Positions 11,356-23,689 of a stretch of DNA of 64,000 bases are shown piece after piece (within the stretch, counting starts at the first letter, position 1; each line of letters opens with the position of its first letter). The notes under the pieces were generated by a model, which was not told the origin of the DNA, did no database searches, and was given only the letters and a program-made list of their open reading frames with translations. Source of the DNA: Ginglymostoma cirratum (taxonomy: Eukaryota); contig JAHRHZ010000085.1 of the NCBI GenBank assembly GCA_024137785.1, positions 3,513,770 through 3,577,769 on the forward strand, given 5' to 3'. The position numbers were made by a program, and so were the translations under genes.

Positions 11356-12926
11356 AGTGTGGAATAAGCATGAAAAGAACATGAGAATCAGGTGTTTATG
11401 ACTGTTATTTCATAAATTCTCACATAACTCAATTGTCCTTTGAAAAATTCTCTCCATTGTATCTATACACACACTCCTATGTACATAGTGGTCTTCAATA
11501 GACAGTTCAATATTTGCTGTCAATCCTTAATTATTTTTGTAATTAATGGTTTGCTGATCAGTTGGTAAAGACAGGCAGAAGGCAGCTGCATTAATCAGGT
11601 TATCTGGCGTCAAATGCCAGCCAGATCAGGAGAAGACCAGAAATTGGCTGAGCCACGTCTGCCGTTTCCAATGGTTTTCCATGCACACGTTTAATTTGCA
11701 AAATTCAACTAATTAGTTTTCCATCCTGTGTTAAGGTAGTTATATTTATCAAGTGATTTTACCGAAATAACAGTTAGCGTGTCTGTGATACAAACATTTG
11801 TGTATTTACTCAGTACAATTCAATAATGTGCATGTCACAACAACATGAATGACTGACACGAGTCCACCACAGAACACAGAGATTTGATTCTTGTTGAAGC
11901 TATTTTGATTATTCTGGTAACTGAGAGATGAACTTTGTGGGATTATGATTTGTGTTCTTCAAATTTATTATGGTATCTGTTCGTATAGATGAAAGCTTGT
12001 GCGATTGGCAAGTAAAGAATCTTTGAAATGCCAATGTTTCCATTATGTATTTGATCGACAATAAGGACATCATCATCTTCAACATTCATTTCAATCAAAA
12101 CTAAAGCATACTTTTAATCATTTTTTTATAACAATGAAAATGATTTGCACTCTCAGTAATTTCTCAAAACAATTGACAATCGAACGGAAATTCAATTGTA
12201 AACTTGCCTTGACTTTGTTCAACTCAGAAACAGAAAAAGCATGCATTCTGTAAAACACAAGCATGCATTCTGTAAAACACAAGTCCCATTTCCTACCTTC
12301 CCGAATTGATAAGTTTTAATTTCCTTTATTTTCAGATAGTGCGATGAAGATATTTCTTGCGATGTCAGTGTCGACAACATGCATTCGGAATCTGTGCCCA
12401 ACTCACGCAATGAGTCTTCATCTCAAACAGCAAATATGAGTTGATAATGTGCTGGTACAAAGTAAATGAAATGTTTACTTTTTTTGTAATGTTGAAGTTC
12501 TCGTGAAACTGATGGTGAGCCATCTTCTTGAACGGGTGCAGACAATATGTTTCATGTCTATTCAATGTGCTGCTTGGAAGGGGTTATGTAACTGGAATTC
12601 AGGATCAAGTCAGAAGATCTGTCTCCTGAGGTGGGTGATCCACATCATGATTTGGGAATGTTTAACTTCTAGACAAGGAGCACACTTGTAAGGTATTCTG
12701 GAACATTTCCACTTCCCATTACTGAGATGACTGCAGCGATAACAAACTCAGTAGAATGGCATCTCACAAGAAAAAGCAACAATTTTGATTGGCAATCACG
12801 TTCGCTTAAATGATCATTTCACCACATGGACAACAGCAAGTCAGAAGGAAACAAACTGATCTGGACAGCTATTAGCAGGTATTCACAAAGACAGTGAATG
12901 CACATGAATAAAAGACATAAATGGTG

Positions 12927-13152
12927 TTGGAGCAAACGACTGCAGATGCTGGAATCTGCACTGAAATCAAAAATGCTGGAGGTCGCAGCAGGTCATGCAG
13001 CATCCATGGAGAAACAACAAGCTAACGTTTCGAGTTGATATGACTCTTCATAAACTCTGAGCTGATGGAGTGTCATCTACATGTGAAACATTAGCTTGCT
13101 TTCCCTCCAGGGATGCTGCCTGACCCGCTGTGATCTCCAGCATAATTTGTTC
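12927..13152. mobile_element. PLE-derived hairpin insertion (pre-dates the duplications)
   Basis: Inverted arms, TSD acataaatggtg. Orthologous copies at ~57335-57560 and, truncated and inverted, at 54585-54702. Confidence 0.8.
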
Positions 13153-13659
13153 ACATAAATGGTGGTGCCTGGTTACCGTCTTTGACATCGATTATTGTCT
13201 TGGTAGAAAGATAAAGAGAGTCAAATCTATACCAACTGATAATTAACTTCATTAGATTAGTCAAACAGGCATCATGTCTTCAGTGAGAGTTATTGGTAAA
13301 AAGGGCCACACAGAAGAGTCACGGAGCATGACTTGTACATCCAGTATATGAGAGTCAAAGACATGATGCTGAAAAGTAATGAGGAAGGGGATATCAGACA
13401 GGTTAATCCGACACCCTTGCTCAGTCCTTTCAGTCCGATAGGAGTCAGAGGGTATTAATTGTGCCCCACTTTCTTCTTTTTAATACGGCTGTAGCTGTAG
13501 TTTCACCCGAAATCCCCAAGTCCTTAAAATTTCGACAACAGCAGTCACCTGATTGTTCACAAAATTAGAAAAGGTTTACAACACAGAGAAGCAACATGTC
13601 TGTGACGGCCAGAAAAGGAGCTGCCAAACCCAATCTCACTCCCCAGGATTAAATGTGAA

Positions 13660-14050
13660 ACACTACAGATTACAGTGCTTCAAGTGCATATCCAGTTAAA
13701 ACAGAGTGTAAGTTGTTTCTAACATTCTTTCAGGCAATGGGTTCCCGACCGCTACAACACTCTGGGATAAATAGTTTCACCATCTCCAAGTTAATCTGCT
13801 TCTCTATCAGTGTGTAACCCCTGAGTCTTTGGCCTCTTCCTCCATCTACTGTGCCTCGGCCCGGCCGGTTTTGTATATTGCAATGAAATTCCACCTCAGC
13901 CTCCTCGGTTTCAATGACAAAGACTTGAGCCCATCTCGTCGATCCTCGGCCAGACTTTCAAGTCCTGGCAGAATCTCCGAAGTACTTTCTGTGTCCTCAC
14001 TCGTGCAGCTATTGATGTTGTAGTTTCTGGTTGCAAAAACAACAGCATAC
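13660..14050 (-). mobile_element. CR1 LINE 3' fragment (also at ~58300-58715)
   Basis: ORF 13846-14088(-) contains LPGLESLAEDRRDGLKSLSLKPRRLRWNFIAIYK, a decayed CR1 ORF2 C-terminus. Confidence 0.7.
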
Positions 14051-14173
14051 TTTATTTGAAAAGGTTTGAATTTTTTTTCATTTAGCAATCAAACACGTGC
14101 TTAAATTGGAGACAGAGACGAGCAGTTAATAATCAATGCTGTTCACAGACATAACTGACAGTCTCAGATTTTC

Positions 14174-14400
14174 CGAGTTAGCAAACACTGTAGATGCTGG
14201 AGTCAGAGACAACACAGTGTGGAATGGAGGAAAACAGCAGGTCAGGTAACATCGGAGGAGCAGGGAAGTTGACGTGTCAGGTCGGGACACTTCTTCAGAA
14301 ATAACTTTTCTGAAGAAGAGTCCCGACCCGGGACATCAACTTTTCTGCTCGTCTGATGCTGTCTGGCCTGATGTGTTCCTCCAGCTCCAAACTGTGTTAC
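14174..14400. mobile_element. PLE-derived hairpin insertion (also at ~58840-59067)
   Basis: Inverted arms centred on ttcttcagaaa...tttctgaagaag, with TSD ctcagattttc. Confidence 0.8.
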
Positions 14401-14772
14401 CTCAGATTTTCGCTGTCGACCTGTCTATGTATTACTCACAACAGGACATCCGTATGCTAGGCATTGTGTGTGCAGTTACACATTTTTTAGCGACATATTA
14501 ACTGTTCATAATCAAGATGCAACAAAAATGTAAAACTTGATTGGAAAACTATTCAGACACAATTTTATTATTTTCGTGGGTTTTTTGTTTGCATGTTAAC
14601 TATTCAAAGAGCTCATTCGCCACTTTGTTACAGGGAAGTAAAATGACATTCAATGAGGACAATAGTTTAAGAATTGGAGAATTCGTCACTTAAGCAGGGT
14701 AAATCGCTGTTGCATCAATGACATGGAACAAGGATGTTATTTGGACAGACCATCCTTCTTGTTTAATTCCAG

Positions 14773-16140
14773 TGTGTTTCCTATCGCTGCTGTCGGCATT
14801 TCAGCCAAAGTGAAACCGGATCTTAGACAGACAGCCGCGAGAGAGGTTCAGCATTTCTCATGCTATGTCCTTTCTCCTTTGAAATTGACCAGTCGAATGT
14901 TGCAGCTTACTGGTGGAAAGAAGGTAATAATAACTTTCAGCAGGAGGAAAGCAGAAAGTTATTCACTGTAGTTAGAGGAGCAGCCCGACCTTCAACTTCT
15001 GAATGTGACTGTGCGGGATGCTGGAACATATTACTGTGTCGTCAAGTATAAGCATCAAACGGTTGGGGAAAAAAACTGTTGTGCAACTTACTGGAGATGG
15101 TGTGACCACAGACAAACATGGTGTCTTAGCTACATTTGATATAAGTATTCAAATACTTTCAAATGAAATTATCAACAGTGTGAGAAACTCGGAGAAAACG
15201 CCAGGATAAAGATTACCATCTGCACTTCATCAGAAAATTGTGCTGAAATGTATCTATTGCAGAATAAGTTAAACTCTGAAGCCACCCATTTTTTCTTTCC
15301 TAATCTAAGCATCAGGACATAATTGAAAAGATACAGATATTACCTGCAGTATTGTACATTTTGAATATCAGGTTTGTAATTGAAAATAAAACTCCTGTCC
15401 CCATCATTTGGACTGTGGCTGTTGCAGTTTCTATGATCTCGAATCTAGTTCCTAACCGAGTGTTATGCGAAGGATACAGAACGACATCCCAAATGTATTT
15501 GCATTAATTATAATGCAAATTGTTGGAAACCAATTTTTGTGAACTTGGAAATGGTGCATCAATTGCTTTGGGGGTGCACGTGTTCGCAATATGTTAAGTG
15601 CAATATTTTTTCCAAGCATGTAATGAATTCTAATGCAGAAACCATGTCACGAACTTACAGATAGTTTGTTCATTAAATCATTGAAGCTTTGGAGTAGGAT
15701 TCTGATCTTTAGATTTCAATCAATTGTGTTATTGACAATGCAGATTCACCAACTCCCCTGAAAATTGTGCCAGCGCCTTGAGAAGACGCTTCATTCGTTC
15801 TGCAGTGCAGGACTTCTGCATTTTACCCAAAAGACATTAATTTTACTTGGCACAAAAGCAATACAAACGTCTTGGATAACAAGGTGTAGAGCTGGATGGA
15901 CAGAGGAAGCCAAGCAGCATCAGAGGAACAGGAAGGCTGAAGTTTCGGTACGAGACCCTTCTTCAGAAAGGCCTTTACTGGATTTAGAAATGAACAACAA
16001 GTAAACATCAACAGACTTTGAGGTTGTCAGCACCTTAGAGGTGCCAGAGGCAGTCGAATGTGACACAGTTTACACTTGTCAAGTGCATCACGTTTCAAGC
16101 TCATTTCCAGCAAATGTCAATTGCACTATTGAGAAAGAAG
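14773..16140 (+). pseudogene. V(J)-C1 IgSF pseudogene, copy A
   Basis: V exon 14773-15099 (ag|...|gt): MLCPFSFEIDQSNVAAYWWKEG...LQLLNVTVRDAGTYYCVVKYKHQTVG, frameshifted. C1 exon 15744-16140: LQCRTSAFYPKDINFTW...VYTCQVHHVSS, with an in-frame TGA, a PLE insert (~15874-15966) and a 2-bp deletion. Confidence 0.85.
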
Positions 16141-17106
16141 TGTGGGGGTGACCTTTCCCTTTCCATACAAAGTGACCTGTATCTGCTTGCACCAAAGTGG
16201 CCCATGGTTGAAAGGCACAAAATGGCCAATAAGGATTAAAACAAAATATGAAAACCTGCTCTAGTATTTAATTGAAACACACTGGTACCTTTGAACAAGA
16301 CAATCCCAAGGTCAGCAAAAGAACATTACCACCGACCATCCGAGACAGTTCTGCTGAGAAGGTGCCTAAGGATGGGTCGGTAACTAATCCCAGCCTCCAA
16401 TGTAAAGATGATGGTCGCAGTAAACAAATAAGACGAAGTGTGATTCTCAGCCCAAGAGTCGGCTAGAATGACTTCCTTTAATATCCTAAGTAGCTGCAAA
16501 AAGTGACAACTAAAGTTACTTCGTAGTAAATAGTCGCTTCTTTGGATGTACCTGCAATATTACATCGACCCGAGTTAAAAATTCCTTAATCACAGAAGTA
16601 GTTTTAACATACATTAAAAAGTATAATACAAGCATTAGAAGAACAATATTTAAATTTACATGTGAAATTTACTTAGCCTTTGATAATAATGTAATACACT
16701 AAATAATAGAACTTAAGTGATAAGATAACTGAGGCAGATCCGAAGGAGTGTAGCCAGTAGCTTTGGAATGTGAATGAATAGGATGTGTAGAAAGATCACA
16801 AGGCCTCGAAATTACAATGTCTGGTAAACGTCATAAGATCATGGGAACCTGGTGCTGTCCATTGGAATGACCATCATTGATTAGGTGTTCCACGGGACTG
16901 AGTGTATGGATAAAGGAGGAAGGACAGTGAGTACGCTATATTTGACAGTTGTAACAGAGCATGTGTAAAATGCTGTACTTTCACTGTAAAAATCAGAGTG
17001 TGTCATTGATCTCCCTTCTGATTCGGGAAGATTCTTTGGACCTGTCCCAGAATCAACTGGTTTTTGCTTGAATATACATCTTCCTGCCTGCCTCCTGACA
17101 CCAACA
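16141..17106 (+). mobile_element. LTR-like element abutting the C1 exon
   Basis: Begins TGT exactly where paralogues C and D have the GT donor, and ends ...ccaACA. TATA-like ggataaagg at ~16908. Homologue at 62957-64000. No TSD recognised. Confidence 0.5.
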
Positions 17107-18829
17107 TTTTAGCAAAAATGGTTTACATGGTTTGATGTCCTATTCACAGCCTTAAATACTGATTCACTCACTTTGTTTCCTGTAATTTCATGGTGAGCAA
17201 GTGTCGATACTTTACCCTAAGCCCCTTCTTTTTTAGCTGACATCAAATTGAAATAGCTGACGTCCAAACGCAGAACTTTGCTTTACCCCACCAGTTCGAA
17301 TCTAAAATGCCAAACATGACCCTTCTTTAAAAATCTGCTTTCAGTTTGTTGCCCATCAGCTAACTTTATACCCTCAGAGAATGAATTTACGCTCACAGTG
17401 CTCACTGATCTTACACGTGACACAGGAAGAAACACTATTAATGTTATAGAACATAAAACAATAAGATATTTGCAACTGAAAAATCACAAACAAATTTAGT
17501 TTAAAAACAACCAAGCTATGCTCATGATATGGCAATAATTTCATCCTGTACCCATTTGAGTACTATTAGCTCCTCATAAACTCCTTTGTGGAACTTTATG
17601 GTTTAGCTGTTTAAAATCCAAAACAATATGTGATTTCCCCCAATACTCCCTTTTTGATATTTTCACTTCCAGACAAGGAAATCAGCAGAGGTTCACATGA
17701 ACAGTCGAATTAGAAGCAATTGCAGGTCAGTCAGTTTCTCTAGCCTGCTCTGTTATTCTGCACATTCAATAAAATGACCAGTATGAGAAGGTAGTCCATT
17801 TGGGAGGCCAAATCAAAAAAGTTATTCAAATAAGGTCATCATGAATCTGACTGTAACCTCAAACCGACACTTAAACGGCACTGCTGATAATCTTTCACCT
17901 CTTTTCTCCATTGGAATCTAGCAACGTGGGACTTTAAAATATTCAAGAACATTGCTTCTGTTTACCTTTTAAGGAAGAGTGTTCCAATGACTCAGACTCT
18001 GTGATAGAAAAACTGTCTATCGCTGTTTTAAATGGCCAACCTCTGATTTTTTAAAAACCATGATCCCTAGTTCTAGGTTTTCCATGGAAGGAAACATCTC
18101 CACGTTTACCTTAATCAATCATTCAACCTGTTCCTGTTTGCAGCTGTCCAATCACTTCTGACAAGACAAACAGAATTTGTCATCATCTGTGTTGCCTCTA
18201 CCGAGGCACAACTTTCACAACTTTCCAAGCAGTCTTTCAAAATTCTTCAGACTGATAATTCATTTTTATGGTTTTGTACTTGTAAGCTTTTGATAGATCG
18301 GTAACAGAATGCATTCATGTTAGTCACAAATACACAATGAAGCAGCGTTGATAGATTAGATTCAATATTTTCCCGATTTATTGAGTCTGGAGAATTTTTC
18401 AAAATATTTTTGGTGAAGCATTCTACTTTATTTGGAAACTGTATCAGTTCTATGCCAATTTTGAGAATAGAATATACAAATGTATTGAAAGAATTGCTTA
18501 AGCATATATCAACACGATTTGTTCAAATGTAAATTGACTTTTTTTCTCTAATTTCATTTCCACATCAATAAAGAATACATTTTCATGTCCAGAAACATTC
18601 ATGAGTGATGTCATCTTGAGCTACGATACCATATTAAAATGAGAGTGCAATGCTAATCAATGGGGGAACAAGGATGGAGCATCAGACTGCACCGTCTTCG
18701 GCACAGTGCCACTTTACATTGAATTAAAATTTGAAGAAGAAACTTCCAATTATTAACATAAGCAAATTAACTAAGCAAAGTGAACCAAGAAATATGAGAC
18801 AGATTAGCAATTGAATCTCATTAGCTTTC

Positions 18830-18932
18830 TTGAAATTGAAAAAATCAACACAAACAATGACACAGTAACAGCAAGAGGACAAACTGGATTAAAACTCCTG
18901 CCACAATGAAAGCAGAATGAAATTATCAATTC
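18830..18932 (-). pseudogene. Transmembrane-like exon remnant
   Basis: Phase-1 acceptor tttctcacag|GA. Reads GIDNFILL/IVAGVLIQFVLLLLLCHCLC across one frameshift. Confidence 0.45.
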
Positions 18933-19904
18933 CTGTGAGAAAGGACAGTTGAAAAAAAAAGGACAGTTAACTAACAGAAACCTGATAAACATTTGTCACA
19001 GTGAAGCCCATCATTTCCAGGTCAAAATGTAGAACTAGAGAAAGGGAAAGTAAATATCAACATTGCCCCGTGTTGCCAGTACAAGCAGAATTACGATGAA
19101 TATCTCCCGACGTACAAACACAGAGAAATACACTTAATAATAATCTTTCAGACTTTTATATCAAACTTCATGCAGATTTAAAGGGAATAAGGAGATCATT
19201 GAGAGTTGGAAATAATTGAATTGCGATCTTTCGTCGTACCTGTTGCATGAAATTCAAAGCTGAAATGAATTGGATACAGGTGACATGACTCTAAGGGAAG
19301 AGATTCATCCACATGTTTGCAAAATTATGATCGGGTTTATATGAGAAAAAATAACAGCTTAACATTAATAAGAAATGTTAACATCGCTGTGATACACTCT
19401 GCACTTCTATCTTTTAAGCATATTTTTGTTTTCCCAATTTAGTGGCTGCTTTTCACCGCTGCATACACTGGACATTATTCTTGGTGTTTGGGTTTCGATG
19501 ATGTACTGGAATCATTGAATTTCAGAGCAAGGGAAGTCGGCCTGCTGTCTGTCATGCAGTGTTTTGTCAGAAAAAACAACATTCAGACTGAATTACCTTT
19601 CATTTAAATCATTCTCGATGAAAATTACACAAAGATGGCTTAATGGCTTCTCAAAATCAACTCATTCTCATGAATGAACTTATTATATACTTATACGACC
19701 TTAAATATACCTCTATAGATTGTGATTTCTTTCTGTTGTTTTGACATTCTGCCATCCTCAGAACCAACTTGATCAAGAGCAGCATATTGCAGCTGATCCT
19801 CAGACAACTCTCGTTTTCTCTCGAAAGCCAAGATTTAATATAATTTCGTTATTTTATTTTGGAGTAAAGAGACAAGTGTACGTTCTTAACATGAACAATT
19901 AGTT

Positions 19905-20097
19905 TGTTGTACTGAAAACAACAAATGCTGGAGACGAAAGCGGGTCACGCAACTCCAATGGAGAGAGAGAGCAAGCTAATGTTTCCAGACTAGATGACTC
20001 TTCATCACAGCTCTAGGAGCTTGCTCTCTATCCATGGATGCTGGCTGACACCCTGTGATCTCCAGCATTTGTTGTTTCCGTACAGATTCCAGCATCA
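19905..20097. mobile_element. PLE-derived hairpin insertion
   Basis: aacaaatgctggaga...gcaagct is mirrored by agcttgc...tctccagcatttgtt. Same family as 12927-13152. Confidence 0.75.
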
Positions 20098-21019
20098 AAA
20101 CAGTAAAATAAAGGTGTTGAAGTGTGAAGTGAAGACAAAGGTACAACGCACTGTCAAAGGATTTGCAAGGTATGGGTAATGCCAGACAAGATGTTTAAAG
20201 TAAATTATTGATGTTTTAAGTCAGAAAATATGTCAACTGTTCAGGGAGGAATATGGTCAGGTGAGTGACAATGTAAAAATGTCACTTTTGTCGGAAAAGT
20301 AAGACACCATATTTCTGTGTTCTGATATGGACTCTTTGGTCTTCTGTGAAGCATTTCTCAATCATAGATAGTTTTGTTTAATCATTCCATCTGATCCATT
20401 GCTCATAAAACACTAAAACACAGGCGAGGCATTGCACCTGAACATCAGAGGACTTTATTCTGTTACCTGCAACAGCATCAGCTGCAACAGTTTACAGAAA
20501 CACGTGCAGTGATGGGGTAAAGAGTTTGAAGTAATTTTCTGAAGACCTCCAGGAAAGAATATAATTTTTGCAGCACCTGGAATGAGTGGGTCTATTCTGC
20601 CCGACGTACTATTTTTAATAGGATGTGAGCCTCAGTGGCAAGACCAATATTTGACGCCAATAATCGTTTACTATTAACAGTCCAGAAACACAGCAGCTTT
20701 CTTGACTCAATGCAGTCCAACATTGTTGTCACGGAGGGAGTTGCACGCACCAGGTGTAATGAAAGATGAGGGTAATTTTTGGAGTATTGTACTCAAGGAA
20801 GGAGAATGATTGTTTCAAAAACATCAAATTTAGATCCAAGACCGAATCTGAGATAATAAATGAGCTCAGTTGAGAGAAAGGCTTTAACTGCTTTAAAATG
20901 TATTTAAAGACATTAAATCTGCTTGCCTGCACGACATTCAAGCGTCGTCATGCATAAATATATGTAATTACGTTGTGTCCTCTGTCGTGGCCAACCAAAG
21001 AGTTCAAATTTTACTAAAC

Positions 21020-21370
21020 TATTATCAGTTATTCCTGGATAAGTGCTACGTGCTCCTTTTCAGGTGCCACAGATAGGGATGTGCCTCTCGTGTGTCACAG
21101 ATATCTACATGTTGAAAATTAAAAATGAGAGAGGTTTGCAGCACAACAGCTCGTCTATTTGTTTTCCAAGATGGCATGGTGTTGGCACGTTACACGATGC
21201 AGAGAGACAGCCAACAGTAAAAGCTTTCTCAGGAAGCCAACCTGTGCAAACTGTTGTTTGGCAGAAGTCAGACATAATCACCGAACTCAGACTAATGCTG
21301 AGTGAATTTTGAACAGTGTAAAAAGGAAGGAGGGAATAATCATCTCTATTTGCACCTGGAAACCTACCAT
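21020..21370 (-). pseudogene. Possible decayed Ig V-type exon
   Basis: TVQNS...DFCQ, FYCW and LSFLI/FQHVDICDT occur in V-domain order across frameshifts. Confidence 0.3.
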
Positions 21371-21644
21371 TCAAAACAGACATCATACCAATGTAATCAA
21401 CGTTGATTTTCATGTCTATAACCAATATGGCAAAATTATTCAGCACACTGTCACTTGTTAAATGCGAATGAAAACAAAAATCAAAGATATTTCACACCTA
21501 TGTTTGATGATTTAAAACAGTTTCAACAGTTCATGAAACTTCCTTCCACTTTCGATTTTCTTTATTGTGATTTCTTTCAGCTGATGTTGTGTTTTTGAGA
21601 GCTGATGAAATGATCAACACTCACCTTGACATGTTAGAAATATA

Positions 21645-22467
21645 GGGGTTAACAAGCATAGGGCTGGATGAACACAGCAGGTCAAGCAGCATCATCGGAG
21701 CAGGAAAACTTGACGTTTCGGTCCTAAACCCTTCATCAGAAATTGGGTAGGGGAAGAGGGTTCTGAAATAAATAGGGAGAGAGGGGGAGGCGGATAGAAG
21801 ATAGATAGAGGAGAGGATAGGTGGAGAGGAGGCAGACAAGTCGAAGAGGCGGGGATGGAGCCAGTAAAGGTGAGTGCAGGTAGGGGGGTAGGGAGGAGAT
21901 AGGTCAGTCCAGGGAGGACGGACAGGCCAAGGGGGCGGGATGATGTTAGTGGATAGGAGATGGGGGTGTGGCTTGAGGTGAGAGGAAAAACAGGTTAGGG
22001 AGGTGGAGATGAGCTGGGCTGGTTTTGGGATGCGGTTGGGGGAGGGGAGGTTTTGAAGCTTGTGAAATCCACATTGATGCCATTGGGCTGCAGGGTTCCC
22101 AGACTGAATATGATTTGCTGTTCCTGAAGCCTTCGGGTGGCATCACTGTGGCATTGCAGGAGGCCAAGGATGGACATGTCATCAGAGGAATGGGAGGGGG
22201 AGTTGAAATGGTTCGCGACTGGGAGGTGCAGTTGTCTGCTTCCTCTCCACCTATCCTCTCCTCTATCCATCTTCTATCCGCCTCCCCCTCTCTCCCTATT
22301 TATTTCAGAACCCTCTTCCCCTACCCCATTTCTGATGAAGGGTTTAGGACCGAAACGTCAAGTTTTCCTGCTCCTATGATGCTGCTTGACCTGCCGTGTT
22401 CATCCAGCCCCATGCTTGTTATCTCGGATTTTCCAGCATCTGCAGTACCTTTTATCTCTTATCTATT
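21645..22467. mobile_element. Young PLE (Neptune-type) palindromic insertion with hammerhead motifs
   Basis: The left arm (-) carries the 3' end of the GIY-YIG ORF (QLHLPVANHFNSPSHS...LQEQQIIFSLGTLQPNGIN). The right arm (+) starts at ~22236. TSD tagaaatata (21635-21644, 22468-22477). Confidence 0.9.
22328..22363 (+). ncRNA. Minimal type I hammerhead ribozyme motif (mirror copy at 21708-21743, -)
   Basis: AUUU-CUGAUGA-A-GGGUUUAGGACC-GAAA-C-GUC-AAGU: conserved core boxes, stem II, GUC cleavage triplet, and a 4-bp stem I (AUUU/AAGU). Confidence 0.7.
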
Positions 22468-22991
22468 TTAGAAATATATATTTGTGTTCCCAGCTTAAAT
22501 TGTTCAAGTAGACTTGAAAATTAAAATAATGAGAATGAAGGAAATTTGCCTCACCTCATATTCACACTGGGTTCGATTTATTGATGTTTTCTTTCCCCCA
22601 TCTGAGAAATAAAAATGGTATCAGTCAGCAACAAAAAAAAAGGCTGATATTTGTACTCATCGGCAAACCAAAGAAACCAAAAACAATTCGACCGCTAATC
22701 AATATTTATAAAGAGGGTACAATCGGAAGAACTGTTTCGCAATAAAGCTCAAAATGTTACACACAGATGCTTTGAATTTATGTTTTCAGGATTGAAGCTA
22801 CAGAAACTGCTGCCAGCAATGATTTTCATCAATACAATTTTGACCGACTCTGATACAGTTCACGAAGTGAAACTTCAAATATTGTTGTTTTATATTTGAT
22901 GTGAAGCAATGTCTATATTTGAAAGATGTTTCACATAAAATATTTGTTTAAATTGTCCAGTTCAGAACTTCAGTTCCCAATTATGTTAATT

Positions 22992-23134
22992 TCAGACAGA
23001 CATTTCTATCCTGTTCATATCTTTGGAGATAAAGAACAGAAAACCCTTGGCAATCATCACGGTCAATATCAGATTTGTAAGTGCACGAGCAGCACAACAG
23101 GCAACCATAGTAACACTGCTTTTAGAGGCAAAAT
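22992..23134 (-). pseudogene. Orphan TM/cytoplasmic exon of the V-C1-TM family (copy B)
   Basis: Reads FASKSSVTMVACCAARALTNLILTVMIAKGFLFFISKDMNRIEMSV*. Homologous to 52761-52951, and flanking 22.62-22.99 kb aligns with 52.47-52.8 kb. Acceptor mutated (cag>caa). Confidence 0.6.
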
Positions 23135-23689
23135 TTGTAATGTTAATATAAATTCAAAATTAGGAATTGCAACAGAAACTGAAAATGCACAGGTTTAAAT
23201 GTCACGTCTGTCATTTTCAATTGTACTGCCTTACACATGTGATAAATATAGTCCATAAAGTCACAGCATTTCAATTCTCTTGTCTCATTGTTCAACTGAT
23301 CCGTTTGCAGCCAGAAGCAAAATGTCTGGAACTTAGAGAAATGGGTAAATGACAAAAGTACCTCAACTAATAGCACATTTAAAATTAATGCGGAAATAGT
23401 GCTAATTGCACGAAGCATTCAGTTCTCTCAGCTATGTGGCAAAATACTAAATTGTTTGTTGGGAATTTAATTGAATTGCAGACAGATTGTTGTCTGAAAA
23501 AGTATATAATGGAACCTGCCGTCAGATTTGCTTGAGTTTTCTGTGGAGGCAAACTTCAGTTGAAATAATTTGAATCTCTCTGCAGCTACGACCCAATCAG
23601 TTATGACTCTGTGTTGAGTATTGAATCAAGTATTTAGCATTCTGACGAATTGGGGAAATAAACTGGAGCTACTGTATGTGTGGATATAT

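Larger units (their letters stand above)
10300..16990 (+). repeat. Segmental duplication unit A (paralogue of 54704-64000)
   Basis: Colinear similarity throughout, e.g. 11821-12015 vs ~56265-56460 is roughly 89% identical by eye. Both units share old PLE hairpins, a CR1 piece and an LTR-like element. Confidence 0.95.

Noticed and set aside
12237-12280. 22-bp tandem duplication aagcatgcattctgtaaaacac x2
   Set aside because: Simple slippage specific to unit A (single copy at ~56678), with no spacer structure. Not CRISPR-like.
12450-12750. Possible Ig C-type exon (+), or ITSM-like TLYSPI on the minus strand of the paralogue 56880-57170
   Set aside because: Cys/Trp spacing is too short, splice sites are unconvincing, and the tyrosine motif is not conserved between the two copies.
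23362-23418. Signal-peptide-like MLRAISTISALILNVLLVE (-) followed by gtac
   Set aside because: The donor is phase 0 and no Ig exon follows. It may be chance in AT-rich DNA.
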